Positions 1 through 7,195 of a stretch of 12,384 nt of DNA are shown in pieces. Origin of the DNA: a virus (Duplodnaviria > Heunggongvirae > Uroviricota > Caudoviricetes); IMG/VR virus record IMGVR_UViG_2713896773_000005; one strand, written 5' to 3'. The stretch's first letter is position 1, and each line of letters begins with the position of its first letter. The position numbers were made by a program, and so were the translations under genes. The notes under the pieces are model-generated. The model did not search any database, was not told the DNA's origin, and saw only the letters and a list, made by a program, of their open reading frames with translations.

Positions 1-104
1 ACCTGCTCATAGCCATCACCGAACTGCGCAGCGCGCACCGTTTGACTATATTCAATCGCCCCAGCACCGAGCTGCGAGCGCCAGCTGTATGTTTCAACTG
101 CCAT
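1..104 (-). CDS. Hypothetical protein, N-terminal fragment (gene runs off the left edge); possibly the next tail gene
   Basis: ATG at 104..102 preceded by GGAG (113..110) with 5-nt spacing, directly downstream of the terminator at 116..139. Frame is open to the window edge (MAVETYSWRSQLGAGAIEYSQTVRAAQFGDGYEQ...). GC content returns to the level of the structural genes. Only 34 codons visible and a second minus-strand frame is also open, so this is weak. Confidence 0.3.
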   Translation of the reverse strand, partial: MAVETYSWRSQLGAGAIEYSQTVRAAQFGDGYEQ

Positions 105-115
105 ATTTGCTCCAT

Positions 116-139
116 AAAAAAAGCCACCCGAAGGTGGCT
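116..139 (-). terminator. Rho-independent terminator (minus-strand orientation)
   Basis: Perfect 7-bp stem agccacc (122..128) / ggtggct (133..139) with loop cgaa, which is a UUCG tetraloop on the minus-strand RNA. It is followed on the minus strand by a T7 run (plus-strand A7 at 116..122). No T-run on the plus side. Confidence 0.6.
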
Positions 140-267
140 ACTGTCTGAATATCAGGATGTTACAAATCAAAATACCTGGTTATGTTGTGGATTCAGCCCG
201 CCAGTGGTGGGCACTGGCGCATTAATTGCCGACGGTGCGGCTGATGGCCTCGGTATAACAGGAGTTT

Positions 268-498
268 ATGATGAGCTTTAACAAAGAAGACCAGCAGGAT
301 GAAGCCTTAGCGTTTTTATTAGCTGTTGCCACTGTCGAATCAGGTGATGCTGGAGCTTTTCGCAAGCGCGTTACTGAGTATATGACGAAGGCCTACGGTG
401 GAGATACATCAAAAATGACGATGCAAGAGCAAGGTCGTGCCGAGGCGGTATCCAAATTGTACGCCAGGGCTGATAACATCTACCATCGCATCAAATAA
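268..498 (+). CDS. Hypothetical small acidic protein, 76 aa (75 aa if the second ATG is used)
   Basis: Strong SD AGGAG at 259..263 upstream of ATGATG at 268..273; stop TAA at 496..498, followed by a plus-strand terminator. The only convincing plus-strand gene in the window. No family recognised. Confidence 0.5.
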   Translation: MMSFNKEDQQDEALAFLLAVATVESGDAGAFRKRVTEYMTKAYGGDTSKMTMQEQGRAEAVSKLYARADNIYHRIK

Positions 499-504
499 TG
501 CTTT

Positions 505-527
505 GCCCCGGTTAAGCCGGGGTTTTC
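505..527 (+). terminator. Rho-independent terminator for the 268..498 gene, overlapping the 3' end of the convergent minus-strand gene
   Basis: Stem ccccgg (506..511) / ccgggg (517..522), loop ttaag, then TTTT (523..526). In the minus orientation the hairpin is not followed by a T-run, so it is unidirectional. Confidence 0.55.
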
Positions 528-769
528 AATCCGGCAATTGCCTTACTGGCATATTCTTTGGCGCGTGCTTCGACTTCGGCAAAAGAGCTGCCTGGATTGA
601 AATCCTCCTGATAGATAAACACCAGTTCATGAGGCGCATTGATTTGCTCAAGCTTGCAAACTGTAATTTTGGTTCTGACAGTCTTTATCATTTTAATTTC
701 TAAATCTGGATCGAAGCTTACAGATTCAAATCGCGAACCCATTTCAGGGAATCCTACAGTCATTTCCAT
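512..769 (-). CDS. Hypothetical protein, 85 aa
   Basis: ATG at 769..767 with SD AGGAGA (plus-strand tctcct at 774..779). Stop TAA at 514..512 lies inside the convergent terminator hairpin. Low-GC composition. No family recognised. Confidence 0.55.
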   Translation of the reverse strand: MEMTVGFPEMGSRFESVSFDPDLEIKMIKTVRTKITVCKLEQINAPHELVFIYQEDFNPGSSFAEVEARAKEYASKAIAGLKTPA

Positions 770-800
770 AACGTTCTCCTGCCTCTCGGCTACAGATATA

Positions 801-823
801 AAAAAGCCCCGCGTATGCGAGGC
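801..823 (-). terminator. Putative intrinsic terminator after the 855..1376 gene
   Basis: Hairpin gcccc-gcg / cgc-a-gggc (806..823) with one bulged base and a 4-nt loop, followed on the minus strand by T5 (plus-strand aaaaa at 801..805). Lies 31 nt downstream of the stop at 855. Confidence 0.45.
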
Positions 824-854
824 TCGTGTTCGGGTGGGGTAGATTGTGCTGGAC

Positions 855-1376
855 CTAACATCCGCGAATAATCTCGGTGTAATATTTCAAAAACTCGACT
901 CTAACCTGAGGTGGTAATCCTTTGGCTATCGCCTGTATCTGATTATCATGTTTTTTGATTAACTCATCTCCTTCAAGGCCATTAGCTGAAGAAAAAATTC
1001 TGCAAGCCAGATCTGCAACAGCGCCACGATTTAACTCCAGTGCGCCGTCCTCAATGGTGTAATAGCTGGAAGGAATCAGCGATTCAGACGGCAAAGACTG
1101 GATTTTATTCAAATCGCTACCGCAGTGCTTACATTTTATCGCCTCTTTCTTTACAAGCTCAGCGCAGTATGGGCATCGTCTCATGTCATTTTCGGTGATC
1201 TGCCTTTCTTCAATATCCCGCGCGTTACCACTTATTAAAAGAACGTGTATGATGGCAACTATAAACAACAAGCAGCCATACAACCACCAAGCGCCGAATG
1301 ATCGGCCCTTGCTTTTAGCGATGGCGGCAGGTATCAGCCCCAGAAATGCAGCTATGATGAAAAATTCCACTATCAT
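855..1376 (-). CDS. Membrane-anchored zinc-ribbon protein, 173 aa, function unknown
   Basis: Translation shows two hydrophobic helices at the N-terminus (IVEFFIIAAFLGLIPAAIA and WWLYGCLLFIVAIIHVLLISG) separated by a basic loop KSKGRS. A C-P-Y-C ... C-K-H-C four-cysteine zinc-ribbon motif follows, then a soluble domain of about 90 aa. ATG at 1376 with GAGGGG just upstream; stop TAG at 857..855. About 40% GC. Confidence 0.6.
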   Translation of the reverse strand: MIVEFFIIAAFLGLIPAAIAKSKGRSFGAWWLYGCLLFIVAIIHVLLISGNARDIEERQITENDMRRCPYCAELVKKEAIKCKHCGSDLNKIQSLPSESLIPSSYYTIEDGALELNRGAVADLACRIFSSANGLEGDELIKKHDNQIQAIAKGLPPQVRVEFLKYYTEIIRGC

Positions 1377-1431
1377 CCCCTCATTTATTATGGTGTTACC
1401 ATGATAACTAGGGGATGTCCGAATGTAACGC

Positions 1432-1656
1432 TCAAAAGGTGTTGGCGACTGCCTTTAGCGTACCCTTCGCAGTGGCAATGGCAAGCTCTTCAACTTGCTT
1501 AAGGGTCAGGTCTAGCTGATATGGCAGGTTAACAGGGACACTTGCAATGCGAGTGCAATCGTCTGGGCCATAGAAAGTCACGAAGGCACTGATCGCCTTT
1601 CCATTTTCGTTGGCATCCCAAACAACATCAGAGACCTTTACTTCTGCAATTTTCAT
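1432..1656 (-). CDS. Hypothetical protein, 74 aa, translationally coupled to the tape measure gene
   Basis: ATG at 1656..1654 overlaps the tape measure stop codon by 1 nt (TAATG). Frame open to stop at 1432. No family recognised. Confidence 0.55.
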   Translation of the reverse strand: MKIAEVKVSDVVWDANENGKAISAFVTFYGPDDCTRIASVPVNLPYQLDLTLKQVEELAIATAKGTLKAVANTF

Positions 1657-4600
1657 TAGTATTTCCCTCTAACGGCATTCCACAGCGGAGTGCCTGGTTT
1701 TCTTACTTGAGTATTAATGGTGTCAATCATTGCATCGTTGAGTTGCCTGCCAATAGCTGCAGCATTTGCTGAGCCACCTGTATTGGCCTGTCCACCTGAA
1801 CCAATGTTTATGTCACCAAAACTGACGCTGATAATTGGCACACCAGAGTCTGCCGCCCCAGCCTGATTTCCCCCAACAAGCCCACCAGAAGCGTAACGGC
1901 CTAAATTACCGTTGTTCATTAGACGATATAGGTTATCTACGCCGATCCGCCTAGTGGCTTCTTTGGTGAAAACGAACTCATCTTTATGCACGATGCCTGC
2001 GGGTTCATATTTACCGCCCGCACCTGTGTAACCACCGGAATCAAACAGGCTAACTCCAGAGTTTGCAGCGCTGGCATATGCTCCGCCTGGCGTGTTGCCA
2101 CCAGCACTACCGCTAATCCACCCCATCGCAGCCTGAACTGCATAGGCGACCAGTAACCGGTTTGTCACCTCTGCGATCATCTTTAACATGGATTTGGTGA
2201 ATTCTTTGAGGCTAGCCGTCCCAGTTGTAACCAAACTAGTCAACATGTCGGAAAGGCCACTGAACGTTGACCCCGCCACATTGCGCATTGCTTCAAATGT
2301 GTTTGTTGCGGAGTCGGCATAATCAGCCCATCCGCGTTTTGCACCAGCCTGCCAGTTACTGCGAAGTTCGTCTTCCTTCCGGTATGTCTCTTCCTGCTGA
2401 GCCAAAACTTTTTTTTGCGCGTCAGGATTGAAGGCATAGGTCTCAGACAAACGCTGACGTGTTGCCGCCCGCTCAGCCTCCCTGGTTGAAGTCCCTGCAG
2501 CTGCCGCATCAATTTCTGCTTGCTTAGCTGCCTGCTGCTGAGCAAATTTGGTCGCCTGATCGGCAAGAGAATTCAGTTTCTGCTGCCTTGCAATCTGATC
2601 GCCCAATGCTGCATTAATATCAGCCTGCGCGAGAAGTTTATCCTTATTGGCGAGCAGTGACTTCTCATCAATGGTAAGCGCACGGCCTTTTGGATCATTT
2701 GCCGTTGCCTCGAGAATACTGATTTTGGATATCAGTTCCCATTGCTGCTTACGTTGCTGACTGATTACATCGTTAATATCACGATGTTCTTGAAGCGTTT
2801 TTAGCTGCGCTTGCAGAGCTAAAGTCTCAGCATTGTAAGTGTCGGTTGAGCGATCACCTGCAGACACCTTAACGGCTGGGGTTTTGGGCGTTTTATTTGG
2901 GTGAAACTGCTTGTTTATCGCGTCAACTGCCTGTTGGCGTTGTTGCTCACTCCATTTATCAGGAGCGAGTGCGACATTTTTCCATAGCTCAGACAGAGCT
3001 TTAGTGCGTTTCTCCTGCCAGGTCGCTGACTGTTCAAGGATACGATTCCGATAAATCAGTGCATCGGTACGTTTATTGTCGGCATCGGCCGCCTGTTTTT
3101 CTGACTCATTAATTTCCTTTTGAGTGGATACTTCTTTTTGCTTTAGGCCGATCTGCTCCTTCAGGGATGCTATAGCCGCCAACTGAGCCTTGCGTCGTGA
3201 GTCATACTCCTGATCGCTACTGCTCGTATCATAGCTGTAGCCATACCCCATCCGTTGTCTTTCTGGTAGGAGAGCCTTCTCATACTCAGCAAGCTGCGCC
3301 TGCATCTTCTTAAGCATATCGGCAGGCGCTTCTGGACGACCGATATCAAGAAGGCTGTCCCACATCCCCTTGATGGCGTCACCAGTCGCTTTAGCCGCTT
3401 TCTCGATAAAGCCCATATTGTCGAGGATTTGCTGGCTGCGCTTCTGCTCAGCCTCGCTATAGGCTTTGGCTGCCGCCTCTGCCGCGCCCTCTTTATCACC
3501 CCGCCGTTCCAGCGCCGAAATATAGTCGTATTGGGATGAGGTGAGGAAATGGAGCGTCGAATTAAGATCTTCCGCTGCCTTGGTTGGGCTTGCATACAGT
3601 TTTTGGAAGTTCTTAATGGTGCTATCAACAGATTGGCCAGTGGCCTCCTGCATCGCCAGTGCTGCCCGGGTAACTGTTTCGAGCTGCTCCGTTTTAAATG
3701 TACCTGCTCCAACCACCTCTGCGAGTGTTCGAGCGGCAGCCGCAACCTTTCCACTGGAGCCGCCAATTTTTTGAGCCATGTCCGACAACTGGCTCGCAGA
3801 ACTTGCCGAATAATTACCCGTGAGTATCAGCTGCTTATTAAACTCACTGGCTTCCTGGCTGCCTTTGTACCAGGCAACAGCCATAGCACCAAGACCAACC
3901 ACTAAGCCGCCAATCCCTACTGTCACCGGATTAATGAAACCAATCAGGGTGCGTAAATAATCGCCTACACCAGTCAGCGCGCCCTTGACCCCACCGAACT
4001 GGTCTTTAATCTGCCCGCCCTGTTGCAGAAGGATCAGGAACGGCGACTGACCGCCAGCCAGCTGCGTGGCGATATCGGTGAATTGCGCCGGAAGCGTGCG
4101 CATTGCTGCGCTGTACTGACCAACGGAGATTCCAGCGCGCCGGGCAGCAGCTTCCTGCCGGGATAGCGCCTCTGGTAGTACGTCAGCGACACCAGAGAGG
4201 CGCTCACGCGTCTGGTTAAGGATTGTGTTGAAGTGCTCGAACTGAGCACCGTTAATGCGCCCAGCTTCGAAATGTTCCACCAGCTGTGCGTGCTGTTCAT
4301 CCAACGAATTGAACGCGCGGATAGTCGGGTCGATGGATCCAAGAAGGTTCTTTAACGCTGCGGACTGCTTTTCTGCCGCCTGGGTAGCGGCTAATTCAGC
4401 CTGAGCGCGCGCCGCGGCTTCTCCGGTGTCGGTCAGCTTGAGGCGGGTGTCATCCAGGATTTTGTTGTATGCCTGAAAGGTATCGGTATCCAGGAAACCT
4501 TTGGCCTGGAATTTCCGCAGCGATTCTTGCTGCTCATCCAGGCGGTTTAAGGCCTTGGTAACCGGGTCGATATTCTCCAGCAGCCCTTTGAGCGCGTTCT

Positions 4601-4787
4601 GCTGCTCCTTGAGTCCTTCGCTGCCTTGCTTCGCAGATTCAGCGCCAGCGCGAAACACGCTATTCAGATCATCTGCTTTATCTACAGCACCGGCCGCCGC
4701 CTGGCCGAGTTTATCCAGTTCGTTGCTGGCTGTTTTCAGGTCAGAAACATCGGCCCGCAAAGTAATCGAGGCGATCTGGTCTGTCAT
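1656..4787 (-). CDS. Tail tape measure protein, 1043 aa
   Basis: Longest ORF in the window, immediately downstream of the chaperone G/GT pair. N-terminal part is Ala/Gln/Glu/Leu-rich with a duplicated motif of about 55 aa. A central hydrophobic glycine-rich segment (LIGFINPVTVGIGGLVVGLGAMAVAWY) and a Gly/Ser/Ala-rich C-terminus follow. Start ATG at 4787..4785 overlaps the stop of the upstream T frame (TAATG). Confidence 0.9.
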   Translation of the reverse strand: MTDQIASITLRADVSDLKTASNELDKLGQAAAGAVDKADDLNSVFRAGAESAKQGSEGLKEQQNALKGLLENIDPVTKALNRLDEQQESLRKFQAKGFLDTDTFQAYNKILDDTRLKLTDTGEAAARAQAELAATQAAEKQSAALKNLLGSIDPTIRAFNSLDEQHAQLVEHFEAGRINGAQFEHFNTILNQTRERLSGVADVLPEALSRQEAAARRAGISVGQYSAAMRTLPAQFTDIATQLAGGQSPFLILLQQGGQIKDQFGGVKGALTGVGDYLRTLIGFINPVTVGIGGLVVGLGAMAVAWYKGSQEASEFNKQLILTGNYSASSASQLSDMAQKIGGSSGKVAAAARTLAEVVGAGTFKTEQLETVTRAALAMQEATGQSVDSTIKNFQKLYASPTKAAEDLNSTLHFLTSSQYDYISALERRGDKEGAAEAAAKAYSEAEQKRSQQILDNMGFIEKAAKATGDAIKGMWDSLLDIGRPEAPADMLKKMQAQLAEYEKALLPERQRMGYGYSYDTSSSDQEYDSRRKAQLAAIASLKEQIGLKQKEVSTQKEINESEKQAADADNKRTDALIYRNRILEQSATWQEKRTKALSELWKNVALAPDKWSEQQRQQAVDAINKQFHPNKTPKTPAVKVSAGDRSTDTYNAETLALQAQLKTLQEHRDINDVISQQRKQQWELISKISILEATANDPKGRALTIDEKSLLANKDKLLAQADINAALGDQIARQQKLNSLADQATKFAQQQAAKQAEIDAAAAGTSTREAERAATRQRLSETYAFNPDAQKKVLAQQEETYRKEDELRSNWQAGAKRGWADYADSATNTFEAMRNVAGSTFSGLSDMLTSLVTTGTASLKEFTKSMLKMIAEVTNRLLVAYAVQAAMGWISGSAGGNTPGGAYASAANSGVSLFDSGGYTGAGGKYEPAGIVHKDEFVFTKEATRRIGVDNLYRLMNNGNLGRYASGGLVGGNQAGAADSGVPIISVSFGDINIGSGGQANTGGSANAAAIGRQLNDAMIDTINTQVRKPGTPLWNAVRGKY

Positions 4788-5101
4788 TATTTCGTCTCCT
4801 TATGCATTACCTTGAGAGCCTCGCTTTCCATAATTTGAAGGTCAGCCATGCAGGCCGCCGCATCCTCAACCCCGTGTAACTCGAACATCCAGGGGAGAAC
4901 GTTGTAATCAAGGCCGGTCGCCCCGCTCGCGCCGACGCGCCACTGGGTTGCCAGGGCAGAGAAGATGGTGAAAGACTTCCACACAGAGGGCAGGATACCC
5001 ACCTCTTCCTCCACGTCCTCAGGCGTCAAACCAAAAGCGGCTAACTCCGCGAGAGTCGGTCCCGGCGTGTACAACGCTGCGGCGACCTGCCTTAGTTTTT
5101 T
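4787..5101 (-). CDS. Tail assembly chaperone GT, C-terminal (T) extension reached by a -1 frameshift from G
   Basis: The -1 frame relative to G is open from the slippery site at 5101..5095 through to the stop at 4789..4787. It has no credible start of its own: the listed start at 5074 is a TTG with no SD. Position between G and the tape measure gene matches the conserved G/GT arrangement. Confidence 0.7.
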   Translation of the reverse strand, partial: KKLRQVAAALYTPGPTLAELAAFGLTPEDVEEEVGILPSVWKSFTIFSALATQWRVGASGATGLDYNVLPWMFELHGVEDAAACMADLQIMESEALKVMHKETK

Positions 5102-5430
5102 TCGCGGATACCCATCAGCTCTTTGGTGTAGGCCAGACCGATGCTGTCGAACGCGCGCGGGTAGTTCTGAAGAAGGACAATAACGTTGTCGCGGGTGAAC
5201 TCGTCAGGTAGTGCCCACCCCTCGACAATTTCCATGAGGTAGTCGGCCTGCGGCTCGATAGCAGCCTTTTTACCTTCAGCCGACTTTTGCAGCTTTTCAT
5301 CCATAGAGCGCAGCTCTTCCAGTGTCTTGTGGCGGAAGGTAAAGGTCAGCTTGCCGTCTTCAGCACCAGCGCGCGGGATGCTGGCGGTAACGGAGAAGGT
5401 CGGGTTCGGGATCAGGGAGAATTTGGTCAT
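5092..5430 (-). CDS. Tail assembly chaperone G-like, 112 aa
   Basis: ATG at 5430..5428 with SD AAGGA upstream. Small acidic protein immediately upstream of the tape measure gene, ending at the slippery site. Assigned by position and architecture, not by sequence similarity. Confidence 0.75.
   Translation of the reverse strand: MTKFSLIPNPTFSVTASIPRAGAEDGKLTFTFRHKTLEELRSMDEKLQKSAEGKKAAIEPQADYLMEIVEGWALPDEFTRDNVIVLLQNYPRAFDSIGLAYTKELMGIREKN
5095..5101 (-). other. Programmed -1 ribosomal frameshift site (slippery heptamer A AAA AAC)
   Basis: On the minus strand the G gene ends ...CGC GAA AAA AAC TAA. The heptamer A-AAA-AAC fits the X XXY YYZ pattern three codons before the G stop, and a -1 slip enters the open T frame (...K/N-L-R-Q-V-A-A-A-L-Y-T-P...). 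Confidence 0.7.
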
Positions 5431-5443
5431 TTCGGTTCCTTAG

Positions 5444-5468
5444 AAAAACGAAACCCGCCGTAGCGGGT
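5444..5468 (-). terminator. Putative intrinsic terminator after the KilA-N-like gene
   Basis: Stem acccgc (5453..5458) / gcgggt (5463..5468), loop cgta, followed on the minus strand by TTTCGTTTTTC (plus 5444..5452). Sits 1 nt after the stop at 5470 and just upstream of the G-gene SD. Confidence 0.5.
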
Positions 5469-5469
5469 A

Positions 5470-6000
5470 TTAGTTAATGCCGGGCAGATACATCTGGACT
5501 TCGTCGGCGACGCGATCCCGGGCTGCATGTAATAGCTGCTTGCGACCACCAACACCCCACTTGGCCATTTGGCTGGCACACTGGCTAATTGCCTTGGTTT
5601 CAGTGTTGATGATGTGGTCGATTTTGTTCAGGCGGGACATGGCACTGATACCAAGACGCACCACTGTTCTAAATACTTCGTACACTTCAATCTCAAACTC
5701 TGGCTTTATCCAGGCGGCATAGCGGATTGCCAGAAGTTCAATGCCCCATGCACCACTTTGATCACCGCCTTTTATAACCTTAAGTGGTTGATTTTGTTCC
5801 GAAGCACTTTTTAGTGCTTTGGATTTTAGCGCTTTAACGAAGCGTTTGATCTGCGCGCTACGCAGGAAGACGCTGGGCCTTTGTGACTCAGTAGCCTCTC
5901 CGTTAGCTACCGCTGCCGCATGAAGATCGTTAAGACTGTACCGGCCTTCGTCATCAACGCGGACGGAGACCCCATTCACTGAGACGGTTGGGTGATTCAT
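5470..6000 (-). CDS. KilA-N domain-like protein (putative DNA-binding or antirepressor-like insert), 176 aa
   Basis: Translation contains ...GGDQSGAWGIELLAIRYAAWIKPEFEIEVYEVF..., which matches my recollection of the conserved KilA-N/APSES core (G-x-W ... LA ... A-W-I-x-P-E-F). ATG at 6000..5998 with an AAGG-type SD. Flanked by terminator hairpins on both sides. Confidence 0.55.
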   Translation of the reverse strand: MNHPTVSVNGVSVRVDDEGRYSLNDLHAAAVANGEATESQRPSVFLRSAQIKRFVKALKSKALKSASEQNQPLKVIKGGDQSGAWGIELLAIRYAAWIKPEFEIEVYEVFRTVVRLGISAMSRLNKIDHIINTETKAISQCASQMAKWGVGGRKQLLHAARDRVADEVQMYLPGIN

Positions 6001-6185
6001 GGTGTGTACCTTTTAAAAAGCGAACCTGTTCACACAGAAAAGCCGCCCCAAGAGGCCCACCGGCACTAACGGCAGTTCTCAGGAACGCTTTCTGAAAGGT
6101 TCTTGGTTAGAGAGCGCGTGTGAAGGCGCAGTTTGAAAAGATGGGTAATGCGAATACAGAAAATTCGCCAGCGGTACTCATTGCG

Positions 6186-6208
6186 AAATAAAGCCCGGCG
6201 AACCGGGC
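6186..6208 (-). terminator. Rho-independent terminator after the tail tube gene
   Basis: Stem gcccgg (6193..6198) / ccgggc (6203..6208), loop cgaa (UUCG on the RNA), followed on the minus strand by TTTATTTCG (plus 6186..6192). Confidence 0.55.
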
Positions 6209-6216
6209 CTGATTGG

Positions 6217-7149
6217 TTAGCTGACAGTAACGGTGCATGCCGCCGACGTTAGGGTCTTGCCTGCGGCGTCAGTGACTTCGCAGGTATAAACGCCAGCATC
6301 ACCGGATGAGACAGACGAAATGTTGAACGTCGAGGCGGTTTTGCCCGGAATTGCGGAGCTTCCTTTCTTCCACACGTAGGTGTAAGGGGCTGAGCCGCCT
6401 TGCATAACGACGGCTAAATCGAGCGCATCTCCAACACTAACTGCTTTGGTTGATGGCAGATCAGTCAGGAACGCCAGCGGCGTAACGGATGAATCGGCGA
6501 TCGGGTAAATCTGCATATCCGATTCGAAGTTCATGCGCGCTTCGTTGCTTTCCACGGCGTTGATTTCGGTCTTAGGCACCTTCTGGAAAGACACTTTGGC
6601 AGAGTAATAACGGTCCGCTTTGCCGCGCGGGTTATGGAACCACACAGCAGTGGTGTCGCTGGATTCGTCAAGTTCACTCAGACGCTTGTAAATTGCCAGC
6701 AGCGGATCGTGCGCGAAGGTGTAGACCTGCACCACGGCGTTTTTGAAGGTCGGGATGGTACGGGCCTTATCGTCTTCAAGGAACTGCACGCTGATGGTCT
6801 GCTGGTCACCACCCTCTGTGGAGAGGGTCATCACCTGCGGCATCGTGATCCACGTGTCGATTTTACGCAGCGTGCCCGCGCCAGTGCCTGCCGGGAATTT
6901 GGTGGTGTCAGAGGTATCGAACGAATCCAGCACGATTTTGGTACCGGCTACGGATTTAACGCGCAGCACCATATTATCGAGTTTTAGCCAGCCGGAGCTC
7001 ACCTGCACTACGTCGCCCGCCAGGATGCCAGCGGCAGATGCAACAGTCAGTTCGCATTCAGTAGCGTTAGAGGCAGCGGTAAAGGTGATGGGAGCCTGAT
7101 AGGCCTTGGCCACGTTAACACGCGAGCCGTTAGGGATTGCGAATGCCAT
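6217..7149 (-). CDS. Major tail (tube) protein with C-terminal Ig-like domain, 310 aa
   Basis: Sits between the tail-terminator-like gene and the G/GT chaperones, the canonical position. SD AGGAG upstream of ATG at 7149..7147. C-terminal ~80 aa (...PYTYVWKKGSSAIPGKTASTFNISSVSSGDAGVYTCEVTDAAGKTLTSAACTVTVS) has an immunoglobulin-like pattern (W ... DAGVYTC ...). Confidence 0.75.
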   Translation of the reverse strand: MAFAIPNGSRVNVAKAYQAPITFTAASNATECELTVASAAGILAGDVVQVSSGWLKLDNMVLRVKSVAGTKIVLDSFDTSDTTKFPAGTGAGTLRKIDTWITMPQVMTLSTEGGDQQTISVQFLEDDKARTIPTFKNAVVQVYTFAHDPLLAIYKRLSELDESSDTTAVWFHNPRGKADRYYSAKVSFQKVPKTEINAVESNEARMNFESDMQIYPIADSSVTPLAFLTDLPSTKAVSVGDALDLAVVMQGGSAPYTYVWKKGSSAIPGKTASTFNISSVSSGDAGVYTCEVTDAAGKTLTSAACTVTVS

Positions 7150-7170
7150 AGCACTCTCCTGAATTTAGGT

Positions 7171-7195
7171 AATAAAAAACCCGCCATCTGGCGGG
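7171..7195 (-). terminator. Rho-independent terminator immediately upstream of the tail tube gene
   Basis: Perfect stem cccgcc (7180..7185) / ggcggg (7190..7195), loop atct, followed on the minus strand by TTTTTTATT (plus 7171..7179). Starts directly after the stop of the 7196..7645 gene. Confidence 0.6.

Noticed and set aside
42-281. 79-aa plus-strand ORF
   Set aside because: Runs straight through the terminator hairpin at 116..139, has no SD, and has a Cys-rich low-quality translation.
855-1376. Holin or lysis-cassette reading of the membrane protein
   Set aside because: No endolysin or spanin genes are adjacent, and a zinc ribbon plus a ~90-aa soluble domain is atypical for holins.
2240-4342. 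Alternative-frame ORFs inside the tape measure gene (2240..2566, 3170..3766, 4034..4342 minus; 3541..3905 plus)
   Set aside because: Arg/Ser/Cys-rich translations nested within a continuous 1043-aa ORF; no independent start signals.
6001-6185. Possible promoter or second hairpin in the gap upstream of the KilA-N-like gene
   Set aside because: GC-rich partial inverted repeats near 6040..6065 do not form a convincing stem, and no clear -35/-10 pair could be identified by eye.
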